Source of the DNA: Psilocybe cubensis
Taxonomy: Eukaryota
Direction of reading: 5' to 3'
DNA: 64,000 nucleotides
Assembly: GCA_017499595.2 (NCBI GenBank)
Contig: CM039001.1
Span: 3,844,001 to 3,908,000, forward strand
Position 1 is the first letter of the stretch, and each line of letters begins with the position of its first letter. Position numbers and translations under genes: made by a program. Below, piece after piece: positions 12,430 through 25,479 of this stretch. The notes under the pieces were generated by a model. It made no database searches and was not told the origin of the DNA. It was given only the letters and a program-made list of their open reading frames with translations.

Positions 12430-13425
12430 GCACAACTTTGCCTGGTCTTCCTCGTCGTCTTCGTCGTCTTTTTCTTCTTCGAAATGAGGCCGTCGGAGAG
12501 GATGTGGACGTCGATGTCTACGCCCGTTTCCATGCCCATGTCCCTCATTGTCGACTTCATCGTCTTCATGGAAATCGTCCTCATCATCCTCTGTATCGTC
12601 CGATTCGCTGGGACTTACTAACCCAGGCTCGTCCCCGTCCTGCGCCACTGTAACATGTTGGTTGAATTTTTTCTTCCTCGCTTGCTCTAATTCAAATTGT
12701 ACATCCTCCTGGTCCGTTTCTCCCTGGTTTTCATCGCGTACCGTATGATGTGGGTTGAAGCTTTTGGCATTCATCTTTTTCTTCCTATCCCTAAGAGCGG
12801 CTATTTGGGCGTCTGCTCGCCATCTGTTGGGGTCCACGGCGATGTTTGTGTCCAGATTCTGACGCATTGCCTCCATACGTAGAGCCTCGATCTGACGCTC
12901 ATTGAAAGCGGCGCGTTCCCTCCACGCTCAAGGTTCAGGCTGGCAGGGTCGAGCGGCGCAAAATGGCGGACGAGCCTGGGTTGATGTTGCAGTTGTGGTT
13001 GCGGTGGAGGCGCGTGAACGGGGGGCAGATCGGGGAGCTCTTCCTCTTCGAATACGCCCAGGCGAGCATTCTGCGACATCCATTCACGGAGGAGGAAGAC
13101 GGCAACGAAGATGAGTACAATGAGCGATGCGATGATCAGGCCGGTGAATATGTCTGCCGAGGGCGCTAACCATGCCGGATGTGAAGAAACCTTGGAGAAA
13201 AAATGCTGTTGGATGGCGGCCCAGGGGCTTCGTAGCGAATTCTATCGATAGAGGAAGCTATCAGAAGTGGATATTAGATTGAGATCCCGGATGAGTACGT
13301 ACGCGGATTCTCCCATGGAAAAGACGTCCACACTGTTATGCATGGCAATATTCCTAGCCAGATTGTAGCAACAGCTATAATACGAACAACAGGGAGAAAA
13401 ATAATTGTTGTAAAAGCCGCCGAAT
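12430..13425 (-). pseudogene. Captured fragment of a Doa10/MARCH6-like ER E3 ubiquitin ligase gene (mirror 45836-46831, +)
   Basis: RRLLQQLFFSLLF, IWLGILP, FSMGES and ADIFTGLIIASLIVLIFVAVFLLREWMSQNARLGVFEE, followed by an acidic loop. Stops and frameshifts present; no RING-CH domain. Confidence 0.7.
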
Positions 13426-13510
13426 TACCCGTCTAACGTCACTGTCCGCAGTCCCTAAGCCTAAGTCGTAAGTAAGAGGGAAAGGATACAAAAAATACCC
13501 TCGAAAAATC

Positions 13511-13713
13511 TCGCATGCCCGAGGCATGGTGTTCATGGTATCATCTGGAATACAACTTCCAGATCGCAGTTTGATGTAAGCCAATTGGACAGGAATGCTG
13601 CTTAAGCCGTCCGTTCGAGTAGTATTTGGCCAGATCACTGAGGAGACCATACGCCAACCTCACTAGAGAATCAGAGCGTTCCTCGTCGAAGGCAGCGGTG
13701 AACAAGCTCCAAC
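13511..13713 (-). pseudogene. Captured C-terminal fragment of importin-beta (Kap95-like) (mirror 45548-45750, +)
   Basis: LELVHRC / DEERSDSLVRLAYGLLSDLAKYYSNGRLKQ / DTMNTMPRACE in shifting frames resembles the final HEAT repeat of fungal importin beta-1. Confidence 0.65.
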
Positions 13714-14461
13714 TTAAGTAGTCGAGCACGCCAAAGATGTCGCTGAGCGTCCTAGTGAACTGCGTCGTGATGGGCACGACTTTTGCCTGGCGAGGTGACG
13801 CACATGGACGACAATGCTCTCGTCTTTTCTGTGCCGCTCCGCCGCGAAACGGAGGTGAAACAGTTGTAGAAGTAGCCTAAGTGAAGTGGCAGCCAACCAG
13901 AGATGTCAGTAGGAATCGTTAGTGTTCGGGATAGGAGATGGGCTATACTATGTAAGTTACTACAGAAAATTAGGTAGACAGAACGAAACATACCTGTGTA
14001 GAACAAGAGGAAGGAAATGGTGAAACGAACGACTTGAGTGAGAATCGTGTGCGTCTAATCGCATGGTTAGCAAACGGCGGGTACACTGGAGTTGCGACTT
14101 ACCAGACATGCTTCGAAACTTTTGCGATGTCTTGTTCGCTGACCTGTATCTGCGCTGAATGACTGACCCAATATACAACACTGTGCAGAAAATTGTGTTA
14201 CTTACGGCGAGCGTAGAGATCTCATACATGCTTAACATCTGTGTTGGCACTTCGATTACACCTCACGCACAATATCATTCGGTCCCCATTTCGCTCCCTG
14301 TAGTAGTATTTGTATTATTTACATGGTACACTACGCTAGACTGCCTACATGGATAGCAGCGCTACTCGGTCTATATGTGCTACTTCACCCGCTAGATGAG
14401 CATGGTTGGAACAGAAGAAGAAGAAAGCGTGAGAATATGGCCAGCACGCCAACAAGTACCG

Positions 14462-14544
14462 CAGAAGTTCGATGCCGCTCATGCCGTCGCCAAATTGGTG
14501 ATGCGCGTGATTGGTGGCACGGCATCAGCGGCATCAAACTTCTG
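14462..14544. repeat. 83-bp imperfect hairpin; copies at 16834-16916, 32368-32450, 41873-41955, 44717-44799; half-sites at 15844-15879 and 30369-30393
   Basis: CAGAAGTTCGATGCCGCTCATGCCGT ... ACGGCATCAGCGGCATCAAACTTCTG. Confidence 0.9.
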
Positions 14545-15288
14545 TCCTGTATCATGGCGATTTTGTGACGGTGTGACGCCTTTCCACCTCTCTCTCAACA
14601 CTCACTCCTATGAAGCACGTCGTACGTAGAGATGGTTCGCATACGAGCTTACTGTAGTAGTAGCACTTTAGTGTAGACTCTAATACCATAAACTTAGCTA
14701 GCTGCGTACTCTAGTAATACAATTTTAGTTCAAGTGACATAGACCCGGCTTGGAAGGGCAGAGGAAATAGTCGGGTGAGCGACACAGAACGAGGAGGAAC
14801 TACAATTCATTTGGATAGTGAATTACGCAGAAACATAGGTGCGAATAGTATTTGTATTTACTATCAGGCACAAAACACAAGCCAAAAACACATTCTACAG
14901 CACACCCGCCGCCTCTTCGCCTGCCAGACCCGTATTCGAGCGTCACAAACATAGGTGAGGAATCATCTTTGCTATTAGTGCAGGAAACATATTCTACAGC
15001 ACATGTGCCGCCTCATTGCTTTACAGACCTCACTTATTCAACGACGCACCCACCTACATTCAAGAATTGAACGTTGAATGCTGCCATAACTTTATGTTTT
15101 GTACGACGCTGCCTACTGTAAGCACCCGATCTGCGAGGTACCCTCTTTGCAGGTTGCCGTTTTAATTTGGATTTCACGATATCGGGACTTGTGTAGGATG
15201 TGCACATGGCTTCCGTCGACTCTCCTGCTAATGCAACTATATGCAAGTCTATTCTCATCTGACACGAGTAACGTAAATATCTCATTTA

Positions 15289-15315
15289 CCCCCCCCCCCC
15301 CCCCCCCCCCCCCCC
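15289..15315. repeat. Poly-C tract (27 nt)
   Basis: Direct reading. Confidence 0.95.
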
Positions 15316-16442
15316 GTTGCTCTATTGAACCCCACAATTGGGATGACAGCCAGCGCTTTCACATGTTATTTACAACATCCTGATTTAATCAGGGGCTGCT
15401 AGAATTTTCGCTCATTCCGCACCTCGACTCGAGCCATATTTTTGAGAAGTAAGTTCAACCTTACACGCGTGTAGGCAACGCTCGTGTCCTTTCTGCCTCC
15501 GTACTAGTCTCTTGTTTGGTAAAGACCAATATGCTTTCTTACCACCTACATGAGATTATGAATCACCAGTTTCAGCAACGTTAAAAACAGTCGAGGTGTA
15601 ATGAGAGCACCGCAAATAAGCTGCCTTATACTGAGAGCGAGCTAGGGTATGTCTAATTGCACAGTTAACAAACGTTTGACGGTTTTTATTCGCTAAAACT
15701 ACATCTGCGCTAGATGATTGACCAGATATATCTCCCCGGATCCGAATCTGTGTTGGCACACTGTTTTATTTTCCATTGCTCCTCTTGCGTGTTATCATTC
15801 TGTCCTCGTTTCATAGGGACTACATCTAGTATGTAGACTACATGTTCGACGCCGCTCATGCCGTCGCTTGATTGGTGATTGCGCCAGCATCACATGTCGC
15901 CCAATTATCTTATCTTATCGCTGTCAGAATAGACAAAACAGCAAGAGATCCCTTAAGACTGCCGGCGCAGCGCGATGGCAGGCGCAGAGCGAGACCTGTA
16001 CTCGGATAATCCAAGGTGGCTTTACAATACGGATTGGTTTAACGGGCAGCCTATGATCAGATCAGAGTGGTGAAAGTGTCAAAATGAGTGAAGGCATTAA
16101 CAGCCGTGATTCATACGAGTTCTGAGAACACACCCCCGAGATTGTGTGGTTCAGCAAAGAAACAAAAAGATAATTGAGATATCTGGATATGAAGAGCTGT
16201 TTGAATTGCACCAATGCTAACGGAAGGCCACAACATATGTGCTTGTGGGACTCGATGAGAGCCATGAGCAATTCACATAAGATAAACACAGTCCGGCTCG
16301 ATATGGTGCAATCCAATTAAAACAGCACCTGCAAAGGGGGTACCTCCTAGACAGAATGCTTATCGTAAGAAGCATCGCAGAAAAAAATATGGCAGCGTTC
16401 TGTGAGTGTGGCGTCGTTTATTAAGTGACGTCTGTCAGGCGA

Positions 16443-17090
16443 CGAGGCGGCGCATATAGAATATGTTTTCCATACTAGTGATAGCAAGATGATTCTCACC
16501 TATGTTTCTGTGTAATTATGTGACCTCGAATGAAGGACTGGTGGGAGAAGAGGCGGCGCGTATGCTAGAACATGTTTTTGGTTTATCTTCTCTGTACTGA
16601 TAGCAAAAGATGATTCTCACCTATGCTTTTGCATAATTCACCAGCACATGAATTGTCATGTTCACCGGTCTTTGAATTAAAGTTATTATGGTGTTAAAAT
16701 CTACGTTAAAGTATCCCTACCGCTAAGCTAAATATTTGAATCGAATTTACATTCGACCCGCCGCATTGGAGAGTGGGGGTTGTCAGAGAGGAAGAAAGGC
16801 GTCACACCGTCACAAAATCGCCCTGATACAGCACAGAAGTTCGATGCCGCTCAAGCCGTCGCAACATTGGTGATGTGCGTGATTGGTGGCACGGCATGAG
16901 CGGCATCGAACTTCTGCGGTACATGTTGGAGAGCTGGACATATTCCCACGGTTTTCCCTTCTTTCCTGCGCACCATCCTGGCCACGACGTTCGGCGGGGC
17001 TGGTGAACCTGAACCTGTCGAAGCAGCACGTTGAGATTGAGTAGCGTAGCAATTTATGTACATGGACTAGCGTAGTGTGCAATGTATATA
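16443..17090 (-). repeat. Diverged, inverted copy of the internal hairpin module (cf. 14330-15015)
   Basis: Shares GAGGCGGC, GATGATTC(C)TCACCTATG, GAAAGGCGTCACACCGTCACAAAATCGCC and the hairpin, with many substitutions and indels. Confidence 0.8.
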
Positions 17091-17670
17091 GTACTAGATC
17101 AGAGGAAATATTCTGCTACGAGATGAGGACGGTGACGCGTCAGAGGCATGGGGATCATATAGACTCTACCACCCGGTGCGATGTCTAGCGTACGCCCTGG
17201 TTTTGTAGGAGGTATGATGCTGCACATTTGGTCAGTTATCCACACAGATCCACCTTTAGTGAACAGAACATCTCTTGGTTGGTGAGTCGCAACTCCAGTC
17301 TACCCTTCAATAGCAAAGCACACTGACTGCTTGCGGACCGTCCCGACCGTCCCAAGGAAAATTACAGACTGCTTGCTGAGCGTCCCTGGAAAAACTACAC
17401 TCACTTATTTCTTACCGAAGGTGCTCGTTGCACCGTCTGCTTCGTCTTGCTTCACTTAGGTATATTCGGTACACTCTACATGCAATTTCTTACAACTATA
17501 AACTTAGATTGAGTGCGTCGCAGCAAAGGAGGCCACAGGGCAGCTCTTAGCACCCACAAGACAGCTCACCTCCTTCCTTATGTTTTTACTCCAAGGTAAG
17601 CGTTCATCTCATAGCCGTTTATTAGCTGAAATTTATCGTTTCCGTAACAGTACTGCCTAATCCCTACTGT

Positions 17671-18550
17671 CTATTCTGCATCATTGACTCCTGCGATGTT
17701 GGCAAGGGCAGCTCGAACCCGAGCGCTTTCCCTCCTCCCCTCGACACGACGATGTGCCTCCGCCCTATATTTCAGCTTCAACTTCAACACGCTATGAACT
17801 GGCCAACATTTATCGTAATCCCTGAGAACCGGCCAACGCCTAGTTGCCTACCACGTGTGTCAGCCTTGCTTTTGAGTAGTAAAACAAACTGGTAATTACC
17901 TCTTGACATATTGCTTCAATTTTTTCCTTTTTCTGAGATCTGTAGCTTTTACTCATATCCAGCGACCTCCTTGCTTCTCGGGTGATGTATCCCTACGGAC
18001 AAAATCAAGGCATCAGTCAAGTATGGTGAGCCACTATTGATTTACATACCACCATATCTCCTATATCTTCCTCAGACCAGTGGAAGTCGTCCCTCAGGAC
18101 TGTCTGGATATTAAACCCACCACTTCCCCGACGGCCAGGTTCTCCCTTTGGCTTCTTATACATTTCGCCTCCTGGGACCGGCGAAGTCACGCGAGGATGA
18201 GAAGGCCCCGCCACTTGGAGGATCATAGCGGGATCAATGGGTTGCCCAGGATCGACCTGCACATGAGTTGCTGGTGTTGCAATTGAAGGCCCGATTGGAG
18301 GGACAGGTACGGTGTCCTGGCCTGAAGGTCCCTCTGCCTGTATGAGCTCTTCAGGCCCTGGAGCTGCGACGGATGATGGCTGTGGCGCGGCTCCACGCGG
18401 AATGGCGTGTCGCTGTAGCAGCTCTGGAGTCCATTGGATACGAGGGGTAATCTTAGGTAGAGGTTCTTGACTGGGTAAGAGGAATTCGATCCGGGGAGTG
18501 ATGAGGGGGAGATGACGAATGTATTCGTGTGAAGGATGCGAGGATGACAT
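17671..18550 (-). CDS. Element-encoded protein of unknown function (3 exons)
   Basis: MSSSHPS...KKPKGEPGRRGSGGFNI...W, then spliced GYITREARRSLDMSKSYRSQ and RDYDKCWPVHSVLKLKLKY...DAE*. Confidence 0.7.
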
Positions 18551-19180
18551 GGTATATGTCGAGGAAAGATTGTGCGTTTTTCTTTTCATTCACTATTTGT
18601 AGTTTCGTATTCGTCGCTCAATCATCCCCTTTGTTTATTCTATGTAACGTCTCGCTCTTCCGCAGACACTCATCCTCAGTGTGCACGTCAAATCTCAGTG
18701 CACGTCAAATACGCACCAATTGTTTCGCAAAGTCGCTCTGCTAGTGTCAAAGATTGTTTGATCGATATCTTCTCACCGTAGGGGTAACCATTGATCGCTA
18801 CCTATCATTCTTTCATCAATATCTATTTCAGGGAGGGCTCAAGAAAGCATCATTTGTCTCTACAATGAGTGAAAACCCCAATGACAATATTATCAGACAT
18901 TGAGCCTTAGTTATACTGAAAATGAGCCTTAGTTCCAATATGAATACGGTTTGGCGAAAACGTGACAAAAAGGCGACACGACTCAAAGGGAGATGTTATC
19001 TTTGACGAGTTATCTGTGACTCGTCAATGGCCAGTGCCAAGGGTGTCACAATGACTTCCGGCGGCGCTGGCGGTAAAGTACTTAAAGAGCAGGAGTTATC
19101 ACCAGTCGTAAACGATTCAAACCATCAGCACCCGCCATGGCAAGTGTAAGCTTTGCATCCTGTAGTTGTCGCCCGCTGAC

Positions 19181-20966
19181 ATGTTCGATAGGAGAATTTC
19201 GCAATATTCAGAACATATAAGTTGCCATCCATTCTGCCTATCAACACTTTATTGTTCTCAGAGGACGCTAGACTCTTAATATCTGGCGGTGAGTCTTTTC
19301 CTATCGTCAGTGTTAGGTAATCTTTAATAAGAACAATATCATACTTAGGAGATGACGAGACGGTATATGTCTTGGACACAAAAACGGGGGAATGCATTCA
19401 AACTCTTGAGGATGACAACTGGGGACAAATCACCACAGTTGTCTGGGGACAACAGGAGTTACCCAACAGAGAAAACGGCGTTGTGTTATGCATTGGCACG
19501 GGGAGAGGGTGTTTGGCGTTGGTTGCGCTAGACTATGATGCCACCGAAGTACTTCTCTTTCTCGTTTCAACTTCCTGTGTCCTTACATTCTGTATATCAT
19601 TCCTTAGCCATTCCCAGTAGGCGCGAACACATCTCCTGTATTTGCGTTCAATGACTCTGTCGAGAAAATGGCTTTCGACAAGCTCAACAATCGATTAGCC
19701 GTCACAAGTCACTCCGGTGAGATCAAGGTTTTTGCAGTAAACAACAGTAAGTACTCTTGTCAATCGCCCTAGCACTCAAACCACACGAATATGGTACTCC
19801 TAGCTTCCTTGAGGTTATTGTGGGCCGATAATATTGGCAAAGTGATCACCAGCGGCCTATTCTTTTTTGGGGGGTCGAATCAAAGCCTCTTGACCATCGG
19901 GTTGGAGACATCGGAAATGTGTGTTGATGTTTCTGTTTCCTTGCAATATATTCACGAATTTCTACCACAGGAAGTGCCTCGATGCTTCAAAGAGAGGTCC
20001 GCCATTATGGACGAAACATTTGATTGGTGGGATGTATGTGCTACTTTATGGAAACCCTCCATTATTTTGATAAATTTTTGAATATTTGACAGTGGAAGCG
20101 CGTCTCTGTCCAGCGATGAAACGTTGCTTCTTGTAGACAACCTTGCTACCGGTAACTTCGACGTCTATCAGATCGCCGACAACTCCCCTCTTCGTTCCCT
20201 GCCAATAGGCTCGACCCGTCGATTTTCCAAGCAATGCGCCTTCTTTGAAGGTTCGAAAATAGCAGTTTGCGGCAGTGACACCAATAAAGTTTTCATTGTG
20301 GATGTCGCAAACAACTATGTTGTTCAGACACTGACAACATGTCGAGGTTCGACTTTTCGCTTACCCCCGCATTTCAGTTTATTAATTTGTGGACTTAGGT
20401 ACTTACATGACACAAACGGTCTGTGTTACTCCATCGTCATCGCGCAACGTCTTTGTCGCCGCCGCATGTCGTGGCTATGTATATATCTGGGAAAAATCAA
20501 CTCCTCAAGTCCAGGTAAATGTTCGCGCAGATGACCCTCCCCCTTCGAGGTACCGTCGCGTTGGATCCGCTATTTTGCCTTACCTGGGATTTGCTGTCGC
20601 TGGTACTGTCGGCCATTGGTTACCACACGCCTGGAAGGTGAGCAGCTTACAATCCTTTTGGCATTTGACAAACTAATGATATTCAAGTTGGGCCAAGACA
20701 TAATCATGAAGACTGCTGATTATCTCATCCAGAATGGCGCAGATAGGACGATGGAACTTCCAAGAGAAGCTGTTGACAAAATCTTCGAGATGGCGGCAGC
20801 GGCCTCGAGGGCTTTGGATATGTCGTCGGCACTGGTGTCGTCGAGGACTCTCGACATGGCTGCTATTGCTACAACAACATACACGGCTGCTACTGCGACT
20901 GCTACGATGACATCCCCTTCTGCTACCTCTCTTTTTGACATGGCAGCAGCAGCGGCTGGCCATTAG
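19181..20966 (+). CDS. WD40-repeat (beta-propeller) protein, multi-exon
   Basis: INTLLFSEDARLLISGGDDETVYVLDTKTGECIQTL, VEKMAFDKLNNRLAVTSHSGEIKVF, IAVCGSDTNKVFIVDV; GT-AG introns. Confidence 0.8.
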
Positions 20967-21114
20967 AATCTGCATCTGCGTATCCTTCTAATTTGAAACG
21001 TGCCCTAGATTTCTTTTGTACATTTATGATATCGGATAATGACATTTTGCTGAGTAACCTGACTACATGCATCGAAGCTATGATCTACACAGTTTTCCAT
21101 TATGTTCTCAGTGG

Positions 21115-24100
21115 TCAAAGAATTTGCCTATCTACAGGTCGGAGTCGGGATAAAGATACACATACAGCGACGTCTCTATCTTCCCATGGGATGATACATT
21201 TGGCAAAGTGTCCTTCTACAGCTGAAAAAGGAAGGACTTCGAGGATATCTTGGACGTCGGTTCCCCATAGTTTGGCACGAAAATGAACCCACGGGATATA
21301 AGGATCGTATTTGACCCCCGCTTCTTGGTATCGATTAACCACAAACCATATATCATCCCTAAGTACTTTTTTAGGAAACTTGAGGACATTCTTGATACGG
21401 TAGGGCACATTTGACGCATTGAGGACCCCGCTATTGCCTTCATGTACGTCCCAAGATGTATAAGATATCCGACCAACGCGATAACGGTTTGTATACATTG
21501 CCCGCGCGGGCACGGTTGTCACACCATACCGTAAAAATGCCCGAGTAATGTCCATCTTTAACACCACCGCACGTCGATCATCGTATGGGATGGCTTCTTC
21601 TTGAAGATCTTCTTCGCTTTCCTCGTCGTCTGTCTCAGTGTCATCGTCGGCCTCAGCATTTGCGACATCGATTGTCTCTGCTTCTCCTGCGAGTATGTAC
21701 TGTCCTTGGGGCATCACCAACTTGCGAAAGATCGGCCAACAGTCCCGAATAGCTTGTGGACATCCTGGTCTTTGAAAAATTGCCATAAGTTTGGACCTTC
21801 TGTGCCAGGAAGTCGCAATTGTTTCCTCGTACTCGCCTACTATAGATCAGTAACCATGAAAGAGCAGGCAACAGGTAAAGCAAATTACCTTGCTTGTAAT
21901 TTGTGGGAATTCTTTGCAGCATCCCAATCATACGTTCGAAGGGAAACGTCCACCAACCATGAACAGGCCCATATTCGATGATAAACTCCCTCATATGCAT
22001 AGCCATATGATGATTAGGAACACACTGGTAGCTTGGAAACAGCCTTGAAAGCTCGGAACGGTATTGTACCATCAAATTCAGGTATTCATTGGCCATAGCT
22101 GGTGATGCGACCCGGGAAGTGATGACAGATATGGCCTCAAAAAGAAGCATCGTGAGGCGCAAAAGTTCTCGACGTGTTTGGGCAGGTTTCGAATGGTCAA
22201 TTCCCGACCATATTCGGATGAGGGTAACTGGGATGTAAAGTGCTGCCGCAATGCGCCATTGGTCTGATTTGAGTTTTCCACTCTTTGCGGACATCGACCA
22301 GGGTAACGACGAGACCCATGACGGTTTTACCATAGCTGCAATGTCTCGTCGGATGGATTTCATGTCTTCTGCTGTAAGTATCTTTCCCTGCTTGCCATCC
22401 ACTTCTGAAGTAGCCTGGCTTGACTGTGACTGGCCGAAATTTTTAGTTGTTAGAAGAATTGAAAAATTTAACAACGTACGGATCTTTCTTTACGCTATTC
22501 ACCGCGTATTAAACTATCAGATTGATGTTGAGGTAACGACGATGCAGACGTACCCATTGAACAAGCATTTGGGCCAGATCTTCTTTCTTGACTCGCATCA
22601 TACCATTTAACGTGTCCCGGCCACGATTGGTGATGGTAGAGGGTATACACCCCAGATGTTTACCAACAAAAACAAGGGCTTCTGCTGCGGTCTTCTTTGC
22701 CAACTCGTTTGCTACGTCGGCATCTTCGATTGGAAGAGGCTCTGCCAACCATTTTCTGATGATGCGTATTCCTTTTTGACCAGACTCTGAGGTTGGCAAA
22801 GGATTACTTTCATTGCCCTCAATGTTTTGTAATATAACGCTATCGCTCGATATAGGTGTTTGTTGTTTCTTCTTCTGCTTGGGTAAATCAGAACCGTCAC
22901 CGAGAATGTGCTGAAAATGCTCTTTGATGAGTCCAAGAAAAAGGTTATGCATCGGGTCTACAACAAGGCTCATGGTTGGCCGATAATAGGGCAATCGATG
23001 AAATTCTGACGTGCGCAATCCGGATTTGTCGAAAAGGCTTGCAGCGGCCTTTTCGGAGGGGGCTGCCTGGTATTTCCAGGCACCATCTCGACATTCGTCA
23101 TCGGTGCGCCATGTCCATTTTTCATAATCGAAGTTGTTGAATGTATGCACAGTTTTACTACACCAGCACATCGAACAGAAATATTCCTGATTGTATGAAG
23201 AAAATCCACCAGCCTTCCGTGCTGCAGGAAGATCGGCGATGATTGCAAGAAGAGCACAAAGAATAATGCGCCCCATAGCGTAAAGAGCGGTGCGCGTAAA
23301 AAAAACACCCACCCAAAACAGCAGGAAAGTGTCAACAATAGGGCGGAAGTATGGGTTTGCTGCTTCTAGACTGGGTTCATTGGGACCCGGAATAATACCC
23401 GCGAGAAAGATGTTTTCAGGTTTATATCGAGTAGTTATGGGAAGGTTGAGGCATGTTAATGCGATAACTCCAATTGAAATCTTCTTTCCAGCCGTAAGAT
23501 TACGCAAAGGATTAAAGAAATCAAAGCCGAGTGAAAATAGATAACGTCCAGTAGTTTCATTTCCGGATACACCGAAAAATTTCTTATCGCATCCCTTGAA
23601 GTTACGGATGCTGGAAGACTGAAAAATATCGTCCATGCGCCCATTTTCTTGAACAGGTTCGAACGTTTTCTTCCAAGCACCGTCCATTGCTTCCTCGTAT
23701 CCTCGACGCGATAACATGCCACCAAGCCAGTCCTGGAAATCGAATGATAGGAAGGGTTTGATGGGTACATTAATGGTCTTATTGCTGTATCTCTTTGGCC
23801 GGACAAGAAGTTCCCCACAACGATTACCGAACTTCCGGGCATTGCATCGTTCGCGATAGGTAGAAATATCGTCCTCTAGGGTTGGCTTGTAGATTTCATT
23901 GCACTTTGGACAAGCGGCATACACGATGAACTTCGAATCAATGTCAAAACGCTTGATTGCCGCTCGAACGTCTAGAGGAAACGAACGAAGAACTTGCTCG
24001 AGCCAACGAGGAAGGATTTTGTCGACAAAGATAGCCTCTCCCGTTCTTTGAGCGATATATTCGCACATGGAAAAGACAAAATAGCACCCACGTCGAGGAA

Positions 24101-24948
24101 ACCTCAATATAGCGTAGCAAGAAACAACCATAAGGTTGATCATCTGCATCGCGTCAATTATCCATGGGGGTAGCCAAGGCATACTGTATGCATAGGGAAG
24201 GAAGGGAAGGAAGTGGTGCCCTAGGGTCGATAGTTGATAAATAGTTCATCGAATACAAAGTGAAAAATAAACATGCTCGCTCACTTGAATCGTATAAATT
24301 AGGTACGCTATCCTGAATAGAAACTCGCTGGCGAGATCTCTTCGTTTGCCTCTCCTTCCATGTTGCCTCTACACGGTCTACATCTTCATTAAGTCGCTCG
24401 ATATTTTGGTGTGCATCATGTCGCAAAGATTTGATCGAGGCTTCCTTGCGCAAAGGACCGGATTTCGTAAAGTCTAAATCTCTCGATGCGTTGGAATTAA
24501 GAGCTCGTACTTCATGGCAAAGTTGAATTGCCTTATCAATTTCCCCATTGCTGAAATATTTCTCTCCTGAGATGTCAATGGTGTTGATTTGTTGGGCACG
24601 AAGTCTGGTATTGTCTAGAATATCTGCAATCAGAGCCACGATTTTTTTCTTCTGTTCGTGCTTGTACTGCACTTCCTTTTCCTTGATCGTCTCGGTGTCC
24701 GGGTCCTGAACAGATAAAAGTTGCATTGCTTTCTCCAAGGTGGTTTCGACCTTCTCCATGGCCCTTTGCTGCTCAAGGATCGCCCGTGATTCAAGATTCC
24801 TCTTCATCTGACCCACGCTTTCCTCGTGTTGGTGCTTTTTATATGTAGATGGCGACAATTGAACACCTGGCTGTCCTGTGACAGGATCGCGTTTCGCGCC
24901 GCACCCATGCACAGTGCACAGGCAAAACTTGGCTTTCCAAACCGGCAT
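21115..24948 (-). CDS. CACTA/EnSpm transposase (Transposase_21/Tnp2 family), apparently intact, 1202 aa
   Basis: Exons 24948-24285, 24220-22554, a 15-nt exon near 22490, 22429-21889 and 21836-21115 total 3609 nt in frame. Motifs FSLGFDFFNP, CLNLP..RYKPENIFLAGIIPGP.EP, DLPAARK, CSMCWC, VDPMHNLFLG, PNHH...H, FPFERMIGMLQ. Confidence 0.92.
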
Positions 24949-25479
24949 AGGTCTGTCGAATCAACCAGAATATCGATATCGATGTGGTAACGGTTAAGCA
25001 ATGATAAGAGAAATTTTACCACATGAGAAATTATTATGCGATCACGCAGCTGCAGCTGCAGCGGAGGCAATGACCCGGAGGAACTCGATAAGGTGATGTC
25101 GCCGAAACGCCGAGGCATAACAAAGGGACTGAGCGATGAAAGACTAGCGTTTTCTTTTAAAGCGCTTGTTCAGGAACTTTCTTCATTACCCTCACCTTCC
25201 AAACACCCAGCACAACTGAGTCTAGTCGTCCAACTAAACTATGTCTCAACCTTCCAGGAGTCGTAGTAACAGCAAATCATCCGTAACAGGGGCTACCCCA
25301 ATATATACCGCGATGCTTTCCCGCGAACACTATATAAAGGCTGTTAGCGCGAGATCAAGAAAGAACGCAGGGGTAAGTTGTCTAAGGATTGATTGAGGCG
25401 CATTTTTCAATGATACATTACCTTCTGTTAGAAGTCTGCTTCGAGGCAACGCCGGTCTCCTGAAGCAGGGGACGCTAGC

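Larger units (their letters stand above)
4554..15191 (+). repeat. Left terminal inverted repeat arm (~10.6 kb)
   Basis: Every ORF is mirrored on the opposite strand. Coordinates sum to 59273 outside, and to 59261 inside, the (GGT)n tract. Near-identity ends at ATCGGGACTTG (15191). Confidence 0.97.

Noticed and set aside
13960-15383. Short ORFs repeated four times (e.g. MPTQMLS..., MSMVGTEEE...) as a gene family
   Set aside because: They overlap on both strands, lack recognisable motifs and recur only because the DNA module is repeated.
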